From Candidatus Saccharimonadales bacterium (GTDB lineage: Bacteria; Patescibacteriota; Saccharimonadia; Saccharimonadales; EFPC-124), in NCBI GenBank assembly GCA_050730875.1, contig JBOHNX010000001.1:489972-553971 (forward strand): 64,000 bases of DNA. Direction: 5' to 3'. Below, one piece after another: positions 35,402-44,039 of the stretch. How positions within the stretch are numbered: position 1 is the first letter of the stretch; every line of letters starts with the position of its first letter. The notes beneath the pieces are model-generated. The model did not search any database and was not told the origin of the DNA. It saw only the letters and a list, made by a program, of their open reading frames with translations. Position numbers and translations under genes: made by a program.

Positions 35402-37600
35402 CTATGCGAAGTAGTGCGGGAGGCGCAGGCAAGAGGTATCTACCTCTCCACAAACTGTCTTGTGGGTGTAATGCTCGTTGCCATAGCCAAAGTTAATAGG
35501 CACTAACTCTTCACTTATGACACGAACCACATGGATCGGTATATTCTCGCATGACAAGCTTACCACGATTGGTTTTAACTGTTCAAATAACACCTCTATC
35601 GTAGTATTTGGCTGGAAAATCGTAGTCGTTTCTTCACCCGACCACATCCACTTTACATGATCCAGATAGTCTGGATAAGCGTATAACTTGGAATGATCGA
35701 GCGGACTAAACACTTTCTCCGGCCTAATTCGGCGCGAACGCGGCGATCGAAGTGACGTGATGAGCGAGAGCTCGGCTTCATGAAAAGCCTTACTTATCGC
35801 CTCCTCAAACGATCTTTCGGAGGAAGCCGCCCCGTCGATAAAACAAGGATACTCCGTGTCCGAGACGATCACCACATTGACAACTAAAACACCATGGGCG
35901 CTGAGGTCAAAAACGTACACCTTACGACCCTGCGTCTCCCAATAGGAGGTACGTTTGCGCCAGTGATATGGTAGTTGACCGCTGTCAATCTGCTTTGGCG
36001 GCCGACGCACAAACCAGTTACGCATGATTGCGTCGCGCTCAATAAGCTCCAGTAATCCTCGTCTTACCGCCTCTTCTCGGTTGGTAAAGGCCGCTACCCC
36101 AGAAGAATTGGCTTCGTAACACAACTTTCTTCCGAACGTTGCCGTTCGAAGTGGATAAAAAACGAGATCCACGGGTACGAGGATGGCCTCGCCAGTATGT
36201 TGCATACCATAAACCCACTGCCATTCAATTTCCTCGTTAAAGGGCTTCAGGAACGGTTCTGCAGCATACTGCTTCTCGGTCAGAGGTGCTACTAGTCGCG
36301 GATCGAGCCACGCTTCGTCTAGCTCTTTCGCACGTGCTGTGACGTCCACTCGCACCCTGCTACTAGCAAACCTCTCATACGCCTCCACAACTGCTTTAAC
36401 TTGAGCTAGATAGCTCGATGTAGCTGTCCCATACGCAAAGCGATCACGGTAAGTACGTCGAGCGTCTTGGTTGGGTGACGGCGCATAGTGAGCCGACGCT
36501 GCGAAGAATGCCTCGCCCTTCTCCGGCTGCCAGCCAGATGTCAGGCGAACAGAATTCACAGGTTTGCCTCGACCGATCAAGGTACTTTCAAAATTTTCGA
36601 AGAGGTGCATAGAGTCGAACGCTGGTTGGTTAGAAGGCCTACCCATGGCTATGGTTATGAGTGGGAATTCACGTCCTTCCTGCATGTCGAGTTCTTTAGC
36701 TAGCACATCGTCCAAGTATCCGCCGTATTCTAATGTTGCCAATCCATTTTCTGTGGCAACCAGGTGAATATTTTGAGCAGCGTGACCCGCCTCCAGCAGT
36801 GTATAGCGATAACCTCGATTGGAATATTTACCCGGATGCCGCCACAAATCGCTTGAGATAACGAAGATCACAGGCGCAGCATACAAAAGCGTATCGCTAT
36901 CGAATGCGAATTGCAGCAGCTCGACATCAGGTTCATCCTGATATTTCACCAGGAGGTGCTGCTCGGGATCGTACTCATAGTAACCGGCGGCCAAGTCTAC
37001 TTGGTCGCGAACCAGGATCAAGTACAGCTTGAGTGGATATAATCCACCGGCTGATGGTGTGGTGTGATCACGGACGCTATAAGCACTCGTACAGACCCGC
37101 CCTATCTGCTGAAGAGTTAATGGGTCGGGCATAAAGCTACGGCAGCTTTTTCGTTTGCGAAGCAACTCCGCGACCGGACCATCAGACGCCTCAAGCTTAA
37201 CTGCCCGCCCTTCTTGGACAGGTAAACGAGAGCTCTCAGTATAGTCCGCGATCTCATCGAAGGTCAACGCACGAAAGAATACTGATGGGTTAGCTGTAAA
37301 AGCATGAAAATGCTTAAAGACCTCCCTACTGTCGACCAAGATACCTAGCTGTTGCAAATCGTTTATGATTGCATGTATAGCTTCTCGATTGACAGGATAC
37401 TGCATACAAACTTGTTCGGCGACATATGCTTCCGACACATATCCATTGCACTTTGCCAAGATAGACCATACTACCTCGACAAAGTTAGAGATGTCGTATT
37501 GCTGCTTCAGGTGCAGAAACCGAATCCCTTCATCGTTTGGCACAGCCGGTACAACACACAGTGGCCGGAATTCTGTCTTCATGTCTACTCCACAACTCAT
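35402..37600 (-). CDS. fused SagB/McbC-type FMN dehydrogenase and YcaO cyclodehydratase-like protein
   Basis: Residues ~145-322: RKRKSCRSF, PSAGGLYP, GKYSNRGYRY, LLEAGHAAQN (nitroreductase/SagB type). Residues ~385-640: VVEAYERF, LLELIERDA (YcaO ATP/Mg glutamates). C-terminus is ...RLPHYFA. The alternative start at 37582 has a GGAG Shine-Dalgarno. Confidence 0.8.
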   Translation of the reverse strand: MSCGVDMKTEFRPLCVVPAVPNDEGIRFLHLKQQYDISNFVEVVWSILAKCNGYVSEAYVAEQVCMQYPVNREAIHAIINDLQQLGILVDSREVFKHFHAFTANPSVFFRALTFDEIADYTESSRLPVQEGRAVKLEASDGPVAELLRKRKSCRSFMPDPLTLQQIGRVCTSAYSVRDHTTPSAGGLYPLKLYLILVRDQVDLAAGYYEYDPEQHLLVKYQDEPDVELLQFAFDSDTLLYAAPVIFVISSDLWRHPGKYSNRGYRYTLLEAGHAAQNIHLVATENGLATLEYGGYLDDVLAKELDMQEGREFPLITIAMGRPSNQPAFDSMHLFENFESTLIGRGKPVNSVRLTSGWQPEKGEAFFAASAHYAPSPNQDARRTYRDRFAYGTATSSYLAQVKAVVEAYERFASSRVRVDVTARAKELDEAWLDPRLVAPLTEKQYAAEPFLKPFNEEIEWQWVYGMQHTGEAILVPVDLVFYPLRTATFGRKLCYEANSSGVAAFTNREEAVRRGLLELIERDAIMRNWFVRRPPKQIDSGQLPYHWRKRTSYWETQGRKVYVFDLSAHGVLVVNVVIVSDTEYPCFIDGAASSERSFEEAISKAFHEAELSLITSLRSPRSRRIRPEKVFSPLDHSKLYAYPDYLDHVKWMWSGEETTTIFQPNTTIEVLFEQLKPIVVSLSCENIPIHVVRVISEELVPINFGYGNEHYTHKTVCGEVDTSCLRLPHYFA

Positions 37601-37680
37601 AGATGTAAAAGAACAGCTAACGCGGTTTTCGCTCGCCCCTTATTTAAAGCATTGGCTGGGTTATGTCGTCAAGACACGAT

Positions 37681-37710
37681 TTAACAAAGCGAGCAGGCAC
37701 TTGGTATAAT
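37681..37710 (+). promoter_or_regulatory. extended -10 promoter giving a probably leaderless transcript
   Basis: TTAACA - 18 nt - TGgTATAAT. The ATG at 37717 lies only 6 nt after the -10 hexamer and has no Shine-Dalgarno. Confidence 0.5.
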
Positions 37711-37716
37711 TCGACC

Positions 37717-38385
37717 ATGTCAAAATACATCTCCGACCAAATTGTTAACGATAACAAAACTTTAGTCTTGTTGGCAGCAAGCTTTCAGGGCGATCGTATT
37801 TCCAAACAGGTGTATAAGATAGTTGACGAAGCATTTAGCAGGCTGTCTGAATGTATTAAAGACGATGTTCAGGTGTTGTACATCAGAGACATCCCGTATC
37901 TCGCAATCGACGGCAAATATCCTGGTGGCCACTGCTTTAATCGCCATGAAGCTATGGTCGCAATCCCTACTTGGTCGGCTAAACTCGATACGAGACAACT
38001 TGCCGGTGCCATTCACCATGAGCTGCACCACATGGCACGTTGGCAAAATGTCGGCTATGGCACGACTCTTGGTGAGGCAATCCTGAGTGAGGGTATTGCT
38101 ACTTACTACGAAGCCCTAACATCTGGCTGGACGCCCCCTTGGGCGAAGGCCACGGTTACAGACCAGGTTAGACGGACCGCTTTAAACGATTGGGAGTGCG
38201 AGGATTATAACCATGCTGCTTGGTTTTTCAAAGGAGAGCATGGAAAATGGGTAGGTTATTCGCTAGGCTACGAGTTAGCTCACTCACTTTATGACTCTAA
38301 GGGATTCGACCTGAAACATTCTGTCGATGTCGGCGCAAAAGACGTTAAAGCAAATCTTAAAAAAATAATTCAAAAAGCTAATTAG
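37717..38385 (+). CDS. putative Zn-metalloprotease (HExxH ... E, DUF2268-like)
   Basis: AIHHELHHMARW plus downstream SEGIATYYE (a gluzincin-like third ligand). The track start at 37663 is rejected in favour of the promoter-proximal ATG. Confidence 0.55.
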   Translation: MSKYISDQIVNDNKTLVLLAASFQGDRISKQVYKIVDEAFSRLSECIKDDVQVLYIRDIPYLAIDGKYPGGHCFNRHEAMVAIPTWSAKLDTRQLAGAIHHELHHMARWQNVGYGTTLGEAILSEGIATYYEALTSGWTPPWAKATVTDQVRRTALNDWECEDYNHAAWFFKGEHGKWVGYSLGYELAHSLYDSKGFDLKHSVDVGAKDVKANLKKIIQKAN

Positions 38386-39529
38386 ACGCGCAGAGTTCGT
38401 GGCAGTACTGGCGAATATTGGCTTCGTGTTCTTCGAAAGTATTAGAAAAATGTGTAGTACCGTCATCACCAGAGACGAAGTAAAGGTAATCACCAGGGGC
38501 GGGATTAGCTACAGCGGTTAGGGCATCTAGAGTAAAGTTACCGACCGGCCCAGGTGGGTAGCCCTTATGTTTGCGAGTGTTATAAGGCGAATCGATATTG
38601 GGCGAAGGGGCAATCCCAAGCATTTTAGCAGCGTATTTGTACGATACATCTGACCCTAATTCCATATCGATTTTAAGACGCTTTTCGAACACCTGAGCAA
38701 CCTGGCGCCGGTCTTGTTCGCCTGGTACTTCTCCTTCAATGAGCGAAGCCAAAATTATACCTTGATGAAGCGTGAAACCGCGCGCGGCTAGACGCGTCCG
38801 TAGATCGTTTTTCTTGATTTGTTTTTCGAATTCATCGAAGGTAAGTACGAACAATTCCTCTACTGTCGTATCCGAGGACACAAAATATGTTTCAGGATAG
38901 ATATAGCCCTCCAGGGAATTGTCGGCTGGTTTCTCTTTAAGAAGCGGGTGGTTGTACTGTTTGGCGAGCGCGGCGTCAATTTCTTGCGGTGAGTAGTCGC
39001 TTTTTATTAATCGCTCTTTAATGTCGGCCAGCGTTTTGGCAGGGAGAATTGTGACCTTAAAAGTGTCGAACCGGCCATCGTTGAGCCAATCAACCACCTC
39101 TGTTGCTGGCTGATTTGGTGAGAACAAGTACTTCCCGGCCTTAATAGCACCCTTGTCGTTCCACTTCATATGGAGATATACTGCGAAGCCGCTTTTAACA
39201 ATGCCCTTTTTCTCGAGATCGCTACTTACTTTTTCGGCTGAAGCGCCGGGCTCTACAACAAAACGGATTTTATCGTACTGGGCTGAGCGTGTACCAAGGG
39301 CATCTTTATACCAAAAATAGCCAAGCGCAGCACCAGCTGCAGCTAATAAGATAAGTACTGCGATAATGGTCGCCCAGATTTTCCATTTTTTACCTCGTGG
39401 CCGCTGCTCGACCGGTGTTTGTGACGGACTTGGCGGTTCAACCGGAGGTTGTGATTGCGGTTTTGGAGGGGTCTGTGGTGCTGGCACGCCAGGGTTTGTT
39501 CGAGGCTTTGGGGCAATAATGTCGACCAT
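38378..39529 (-). CDS. mltG: endolytic murein transglycosylase MltG (YceG-like)
   Basis: Pro-rich N-terminus, one TM segment, and a YceG domain (...EGYIYPETY...ILASLIEGE...SPYNTRKHKGYPPGPVGN). Confidence 0.85.
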   Translation of the reverse strand: MVDIIAPKPRTNPGVPAPQTPPKPQSQPPVEPPSPSQTPVEQRPRGKKWKIWATIIAVLILLAAAGAALGYFWYKDALGTRSAQYDKIRFVVEPGASAEKVSSDLEKKGIVKSGFAVYLHMKWNDKGAIKAGKYLFSPNQPATEVVDWLNDGRFDTFKVTILPAKTLADIKERLIKSDYSPQEIDAALAKQYNHPLLKEKPADNSLEGYIYPETYFVSSDTTVEELFVLTFDEFEKQIKKNDLRTRLAARGFTLHQGIILASLIEGEVPGEQDRRQVAQVFEKRLKIDMELGSDVSYKYAAKMLGIAPSPNIDSPYNTRKHKGYPPGPVGNFTLDALTAVANPAPGDYLYFVSGDDGTTHFSNTFEEHEANIRQYCHELCASN

Positions 39530-39531
39530 GT

Positions 39532-39945
39532 TTACACTCCTTCCAAATAATCTTGTAGGATGATAGCGGCTGCTTCGGCGTCGATATCCGCCTTATGAAA
39601 CCGCTTACCGCTTTCTGTTAATCGCTGTTCGGCCATAATTGAGGTGACCGACTCATCCTGCCAATGAATGGGCAATCGGAGGGGCGCCAAATTGGTGGCT
39701 GTAAATTGCTTCACTGTAGTGGTTTGCGATGTCTCTTCGCCTCGCTGGTCGCGGGGCAAGCCAACAACTAGATCGGTCACGCGCATATCTTGCACAATGC
39801 GATTAATCTCGCCGATGCCTTCATCGTCTGCGGAGACTGTTTTGAGCGGCTGTGCTATGCGACCAATCGAATCACCCCAGGCGAGGCCAATACGCTGCCC
39901 ACCCACATCTAAACAGAGGTAGGTACGTTGGTTATTTACCGTCAT
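39532..39945 (-). CDS. ruvX: Holliday junction resolvase-like nuclease RuvX/YqgF
   Basis: CLDVGGQRIGLAWGD... and the C-terminal DESVTS...AAAIILQDYL pattern. Confidence 0.85.
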   Translation of the reverse strand: MTVNNQRTYLCLDVGGQRIGLAWGDSIGRIAQPLKTVSADDEGIGEINRIVQDMRVTDLVVGLPRDQRGEETSQTTTVKQFTATNLAPLRLPIHWQDESVTSIMAEQRLTESGKRFHKADIDAEAAAIILQDYLEGV

Positions 39946-41608
39946 TTGCTACTGAAAACTTAATCTCAACTTTATCTGCGCCTGGGGCTTTGGTTACCCA
40001 GAATGGCGAGAACTTGATGTCGACCTTATCGACTCCTGGAATCTCGTTCACGATGGCTTGAATCTCACCATATCGCTTGCCAGCTAATTGCTGCGAGAGT
40101 TGCTTGGTATCAATCTTGGGGCCAATGTAGCCGGTTGTAACCATCTGGGCGCTAAAGGCGCCATTTTCCAACTTCTGGAAACTTTGGAACGTAATAGAGT
40201 TCTCGCCGGTGCCGTACGATTGTTGGTCGGGCTTGTCTTTTAGCGCTTCGTTAACCGTGGCGGTTAGAATTTCGCGTGCTTCGGCGCGAGCTATGGCAAC
40301 AAGTGTAAACACAGTTTCTACAGTTACTTTGGCGCGTTTGGCTTGCTCGCCAACGTTAGGGCTTACTGCCGGCTGATTTTGATCGGCCGTAAAGCTTTCT
40401 TCGATAATTATGTAGTCACCAGTAATCTGTTTTTTCAGCTCTTTTTTGGCCTCTTCTACATTAACCTGGGCGAGTTGTTGTTTTGCTTTGTCGACGTCTT
40501 CTTGCGACACGACGGTGACGGTTTCGCGCGTGCCACCACTCATTTGTTCGCCGCTGGCAGTGACGCCGCTGGCGTGATGAACTGTATAGGATTGCGGTGC
40601 AAGGTTGTATTCGGGGCCAAGGGCGGCAGCCGTTACGGCAACAGATGCAGTGCCTGGCTTAATACTCCCGCCAACAACCTTTGCACCTGGTACAGTTACA
40701 GCGCTGTTACTGGTGAATTTCTGGCCACCTGTTTTTGCGGTAAACTGCGTGCCAGCAGGTACCGTTACGGGGTCGCTGCTGTCACCATTGTTGAGATTCA
40801 TGGTGCCGCCTGCTTTGTTGCCGATTTCTTTGCTGCCAGTTGCATCGAACTCAGTGGCAACGGATTTTTTGAGTTGCTGCACATTTGGCTTGAGCTTTAA
40901 GGTAGCAACATCACTTTGCTGCAGGCCAGGTTCGAGCGAGAGGTTTTTATCGATGTTGACGGCCGTGGTTTTAGCGCTAATGGTAACAGTTGCTTTTGGC
41001 GCGAATACCAGCGCCCACACCAAAAAGATAATTAACAGAATTCCGCCACCAGCAATTAAGAAGAGTCTCTTGCGAAAGATATCGAAGTTTGGAATCTTAC
41101 CCTTTACACCTTTTAGGCCTTTCTGGGCAAGCTTGCTACTGGGTTTAGCGGCTGATGGCTGTGGAGGCACTGGCGCAGCAGAAGCTGAACTCAGGTCGAC
41201 TTTTTCGCTGATTGCTTCGGCCGGCGATATAGTTTCAGTCGGTTTATTCTTATCGAGCGATGACGCAACTTCGCCAACCGGCAATTCTTCCCCGTTAATT
41301 ACCTCTTCGTCAGGGGTTTGGGGCTCAGCCATATCAGGAATTTCCGGCCGGCTTTGCAGGTTTTTGGCGACCGGCATTTTTACGCCAGCGGCCAGTGCCG
41401 TCAGGGAGTGATCGTTCGTAATCAATACCACTCGTTTTTGCGCTTCGCTGGCGGCTTTCTGCAGCAGCTTCAAATTAACCGCGCTTTGCAGTACGCCGAC
41501 TCGTTTTGGCGGCACTAAGGCAACAATTTTTTCACCAGCCGCTTTTACCTTACCGATAATCGCGGTAATATCGTCTTCAGTATCGATGTAGATAACGTCT
41601 TTATTCAT
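39932..41608 (-). CDS. hypothetical single-pass membrane protein
   Basis: 558 aa: a cytoplasmic N-domain, a Pro/Ala linker, one TM segment (LFLIAGGGILLIIFLVWALVFA) and a large beta-rich ectodomain. It is translationally coupled to the upstream ftsA-like gene and the downstream ruvX. Confidence 0.6.
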   Translation of the reverse strand: MNKDVIYIDTEDDITAIIGKVKAAGEKIVALVPPKRVGVLQSAVNLKLLQKAASEAQKRVVLITNDHSLTALAAGVKMPVAKNLQSRPEIPDMAEPQTPDEEVINGEELPVGEVASSLDKNKPTETISPAEAISEKVDLSSASAAPVPPQPSAAKPSSKLAQKGLKGVKGKIPNFDIFRKRLFLIAGGGILLIIFLVWALVFAPKATVTISAKTTAVNIDKNLSLEPGLQQSDVATLKLKPNVQQLKKSVATEFDATGSKEIGNKAGGTMNLNNGDSSDPVTVPAGTQFTAKTGGQKFTSNSAVTVPGAKVVGGSIKPGTASVAVTAAALGPEYNLAPQSYTVHHASGVTASGEQMSGGTRETVTVVSQEDVDKAKQQLAQVNVEEAKKELKKQITGDYIIIEESFTADQNQPAVSPNVGEQAKRAKVTVETVFTLVAIARAEAREILTATVNEALKDKPDQQSYGTGENSITFQSFQKLENGAFSAQMVTTGYIGPKIDTKQLSQQLAGKRYGEIQAIVNEIPGVDKVDIKFSPFWVTKAPGADKVEIKFSVANDGK

Positions 41609-41612
41609 CAGA

Positions 41613-42884
41613 CTAAACGTTTAGGATACGGTTGAATTTATCGCGCAAACTATCACTGCCCGAACTACCAACCATCGTATCATATCCGACCCTGAGCAGT
41701 CCCATGGCGGTTATGAATGTGTGGTCGTTTACGTGGCCGGTCGCATCGGTGATACCGGCGACCTCGCTGGGCTGAATGCGCTGGACCGTTGGCTTGCGAG
41801 TAAACGGAAGGCTTTTATACCAATCGCGTTCCTCTAGCGCTTCAACTAATTTGCCGAGACTTGCGCCACCACCACACAAAAGAATGCGGTTTGGTAGATG
41901 GTCGATGGCGTCGAATTCACTTAAAGCAAGTTCGACACCGTTGAGCCAGACTTCTAGGGTTTTATCGAGCGCTTTTTCTACTTTTTCTTTTACATTTGAC
42001 TTGATGTTGCCTTCGTCGATATGCACTTTTAGACGCTCGGCATCTTCGAACGGCATATCAAGCTCGGTTGCAATGGTACGTGTAAAGCTGCGTCCACCAA
42101 TGCCGAACATTTTAGTGCCTTCCACACCACCGTCATTCACCACGGCGATATCAGTTGTGCCACCACCAACGTCAGCCAAAATCGCTGTGAAGTTGCTGCT
42201 GGCATCGGTACCGAGCACGCTGCGGCTAACGGCAAATGGCTCGGCAGCGACGGCAATGAGGTCGAGATCTAGCTCCTGCGCCGTACGCTCTAATGCGCCA
42301 ATGTGCACCATCGGCGCGAAGGCAGTGTAAATCTGAATCGCGACATCTTTGCCCTGGAAGCCAATTGGGTTGCTAACTTTGTAGCCATCAATATGGATGC
42401 TAACAATCGCGCTGTTGACCAGTTTAATCTCAACGTCTTCATTACCGGTCTCCCAGGCAATCTGTTTTTGGGCTTTTTTGTGGGCGCGTTCTTGCACCTT
42501 TTCGATGATAAATTCCATCTCGCGCATGTCGAGTGGGACATCTGGTTGGGGCCGTTTGTAGCGAATGGTTTGGGTGATACCTTTAACTAATTCGCCAGCA
42601 ATACCAATGACCGTGCGCTTAGCTTGCACGCCGGCTTGCGATTCGGCATCACTTAAGGCTGCTTCGCAGTTGCGCACCACAGCGCCAATGTCGGCAATTG
42701 CGCCAGAATGCATGTCGCTCAGACCTTGATGTTCGCGGCCAACGCCAAGAATGCGCAGTTCGTCGCCGTCAATCTCGGCAACAAGAGCTTTGACAAATTC
42801 AGTCCCGATATCGAGCGCCACGACGTATTGGTCGGCACCGGGACCACGTGCAGGTAGAGCCTGTTTGATTTTATCGAGAATCAT
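41613..42884 (-). CDS. ftsA: actin-fold ATPase, FtsA-like cell-division protein
   Basis: ALDIGTEFVKALV, DVGGGTTDIAV and LCGGGASL phosphate/adenosine motifs of the ASKHA fold with FtsA/PilM-like architecture. Confidence 0.65.
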   Translation of the reverse strand: MILDKIKQALPARGPGADQYVVALDIGTEFVKALVAEIDGDELRILGVGREHQGLSDMHSGAIADIGAVVRNCEAALSDAESQAGVQAKRTVIGIAGELVKGITQTIRYKRPQPDVPLDMREMEFIIEKVQERAHKKAQKQIAWETGNEDVEIKLVNSAIVSIHIDGYKVSNPIGFQGKDVAIQIYTAFAPMVHIGALERTAQELDLDLIAVAAEPFAVSRSVLGTDASSNFTAILADVGGGTTDIAVVNDGGVEGTKMFGIGGRSFTRTIATELDMPFEDAERLKVHIDEGNIKSNVKEKVEKALDKTLEVWLNGVELALSEFDAIDHLPNRILLCGGGASLGKLVEALEERDWYKSLPFTRKPTVQRIQPSEVAGITDATGHVNDHTFITAMGLLRVGYDTMVGSSGSDSLRDKFNRILNV

Positions 42885-42940
42885 CTTTCAGATAGTATAC
42901 CATAAGCGAGAACCCCGGGCTGCGCGTGGCAGCACCGGGG

Positions 42941-43198
42941 TTACAACTGGCTGTAATTCTGGCCTGCTATGCAAGCATACGCCACCCCTATGATGATTAA
43001 CATCCAGAGGATGACCTTAACCAATGGCGGGGCGTCCCTAACCCAAGTGATAATACCTGCGGCAAAAAATACACCAAAGCAGAGGATGAGCCCTATGATT
43101 ACAGCAAGGATCTCCACAATCCCTCCCTCAACGTTCGAGCCTCGAAGATCTCCCCGAAACTGTACTTTCATAATCGACAAATTCTGGTATAAAAGCAA
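42941..43198 (-). CDS. hypothetical small membrane protein (start uncertain)
   Basis: Two hydrophobic segments. 85-aa track ORF. Confidence 0.45.
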   Translation of the reverse strand: MLLYQNLSIMKVQFRGDLRGSNVEGGIVEILAVIIGLILCFGVFFAAGIITWVRDAPPLVKVILWMLIIIGVAYACIAGQNYSQL

Positions 43199-43286
43199 GG
43201 CTGAATCATTGTAAAATAGTTACTTTTATGGTAAAAGTTATGTAACTCTGATGCGCACATCATACACATGAAAGGGGGTGTCAGAG

Positions 43287-43442
43287 TTGAAGAAGATTCT
43301 CACTTGGGGCGGTGTCGCCTTTCTGATTTTCTTCGTGGCCATGCGGCCCGCTGCGGCGGCCAACGTCGTGAAGGCGCTTGCCGGAGGCGTCATGGACATC
43401 ATGTCGGGCTTCGGCGACTTCGCCAGCAACCTCATCTCGTGA
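43287..43442 (+). CDS. hypothetical 51-aa membrane peptide, GC-rich (not in ORF track; TTG start)
   Basis: AAGGGGG Shine-Dalgarno, then TTG. Translation is LKKILTWGGVAFLIFFVAMRPAAAANVVKALAGGVMDIMSGFGDFASNLIS. Third codon positions are almost all G/C. The competing track ORFs in other frames are Arg-rich nonsense. Confidence 0.45.
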   Translation: MKKILTWGGVAFLIFFVAMRPAAAANVVKALAGGVMDIMSGFGDFASNLIS

Positions 43443-43699
43443 GGTCTGTCATGCTCCACGAAGGAAGCCATTCCGCCCGTGCGAACGGGCAGAGTAATAA
43501 GGGAGGTCACAACTTCCCAACTTCTCTGCCCGTTCGCCACCAGCTTTCGCCCACGCGAAGGAACTACATGGGTCGAGCCCAGCTCCCCACCAGCCGGTCG
43601 AGCACATGCTCCCGGCTTTTTTCATGTCTTAAGTGACATTGACTTTTTATTGTAATTATGCTTAAATAATATATTGTCTAGTTCTTTCACACGGGAGGA

Positions 43700-43909
43700 T
43701 TGATGGCACACAGGAATCCTGATCCTCGGAATCAGGTCAGCCTCAGGGAAGTCTTCATCGCTTTTGCCCTCATCGTAGGGTCTGGCGCGGTGGCGGGGGT
43801 CCTAACATGGAATCAACCCCACAACATCACGTCCTTAGCGATCACCGCAACGATCATTGTTGCGCTGATCGTCTGGGGAATCATCCACAAACTCCACAAC
43901 GGCGACTGA
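43700..43909 (+). CDS. hypothetical small two-TM membrane protein (ATG at 43703 more likely)
   Basis: GGGAGGA Shine-Dalgarno. Upstream promoter-like TTGACT-17-TTAAAT. Terminator-like hairpin GTTGCCCGTCC/GGACGGGCAAC downstream. Confidence 0.5.
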   Translation: MMAHRNPDPRNQVSLREVFIAFALIVGSGAVAGVLTWNQPHNITSLAITATIIVALIVWGIIHKLHNGD

Positions 43910-44039
43910 GCGTTGCCCGTCCGTGCTGTTAAGGCGTGGACGGGCAACCACCGCCACAAGCTAGACAAGACGCCAGGAAAGGACTCTGCGATGCGCTTCG
44001 AGCGTATCGCCCAAAAGTTTCCTTCTCCTGGCTTTTTCT

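Noticed and set aside
35081-35506. Plus-strand ORFs (141, 89 and 60 aa) with PPPPPEPVPPAPPEPVP-like sequence, and the 70-aa minus-strand ORF 35108-35320
   Set aside because: They are mirror or off-frame readings of the Gly-codon-rich precursor gene. They have no ribosome-binding sites. The minus-strand frame has a near-perfect Shine-Dalgarno and sensible context.
43238-43636. 122-aa plus-strand and 100-aa minus-strand track ORFs
   Set aside because: Both give Arg/His/Gly-rich translations typical of wrong frames in GC-rich DNA. The TTG-initiated 51-aa frame has the expected GC3 bias, a Shine-Dalgarno and a TM helix. The downstream 61-codon part of the 122-aa frame is left as uncertain.
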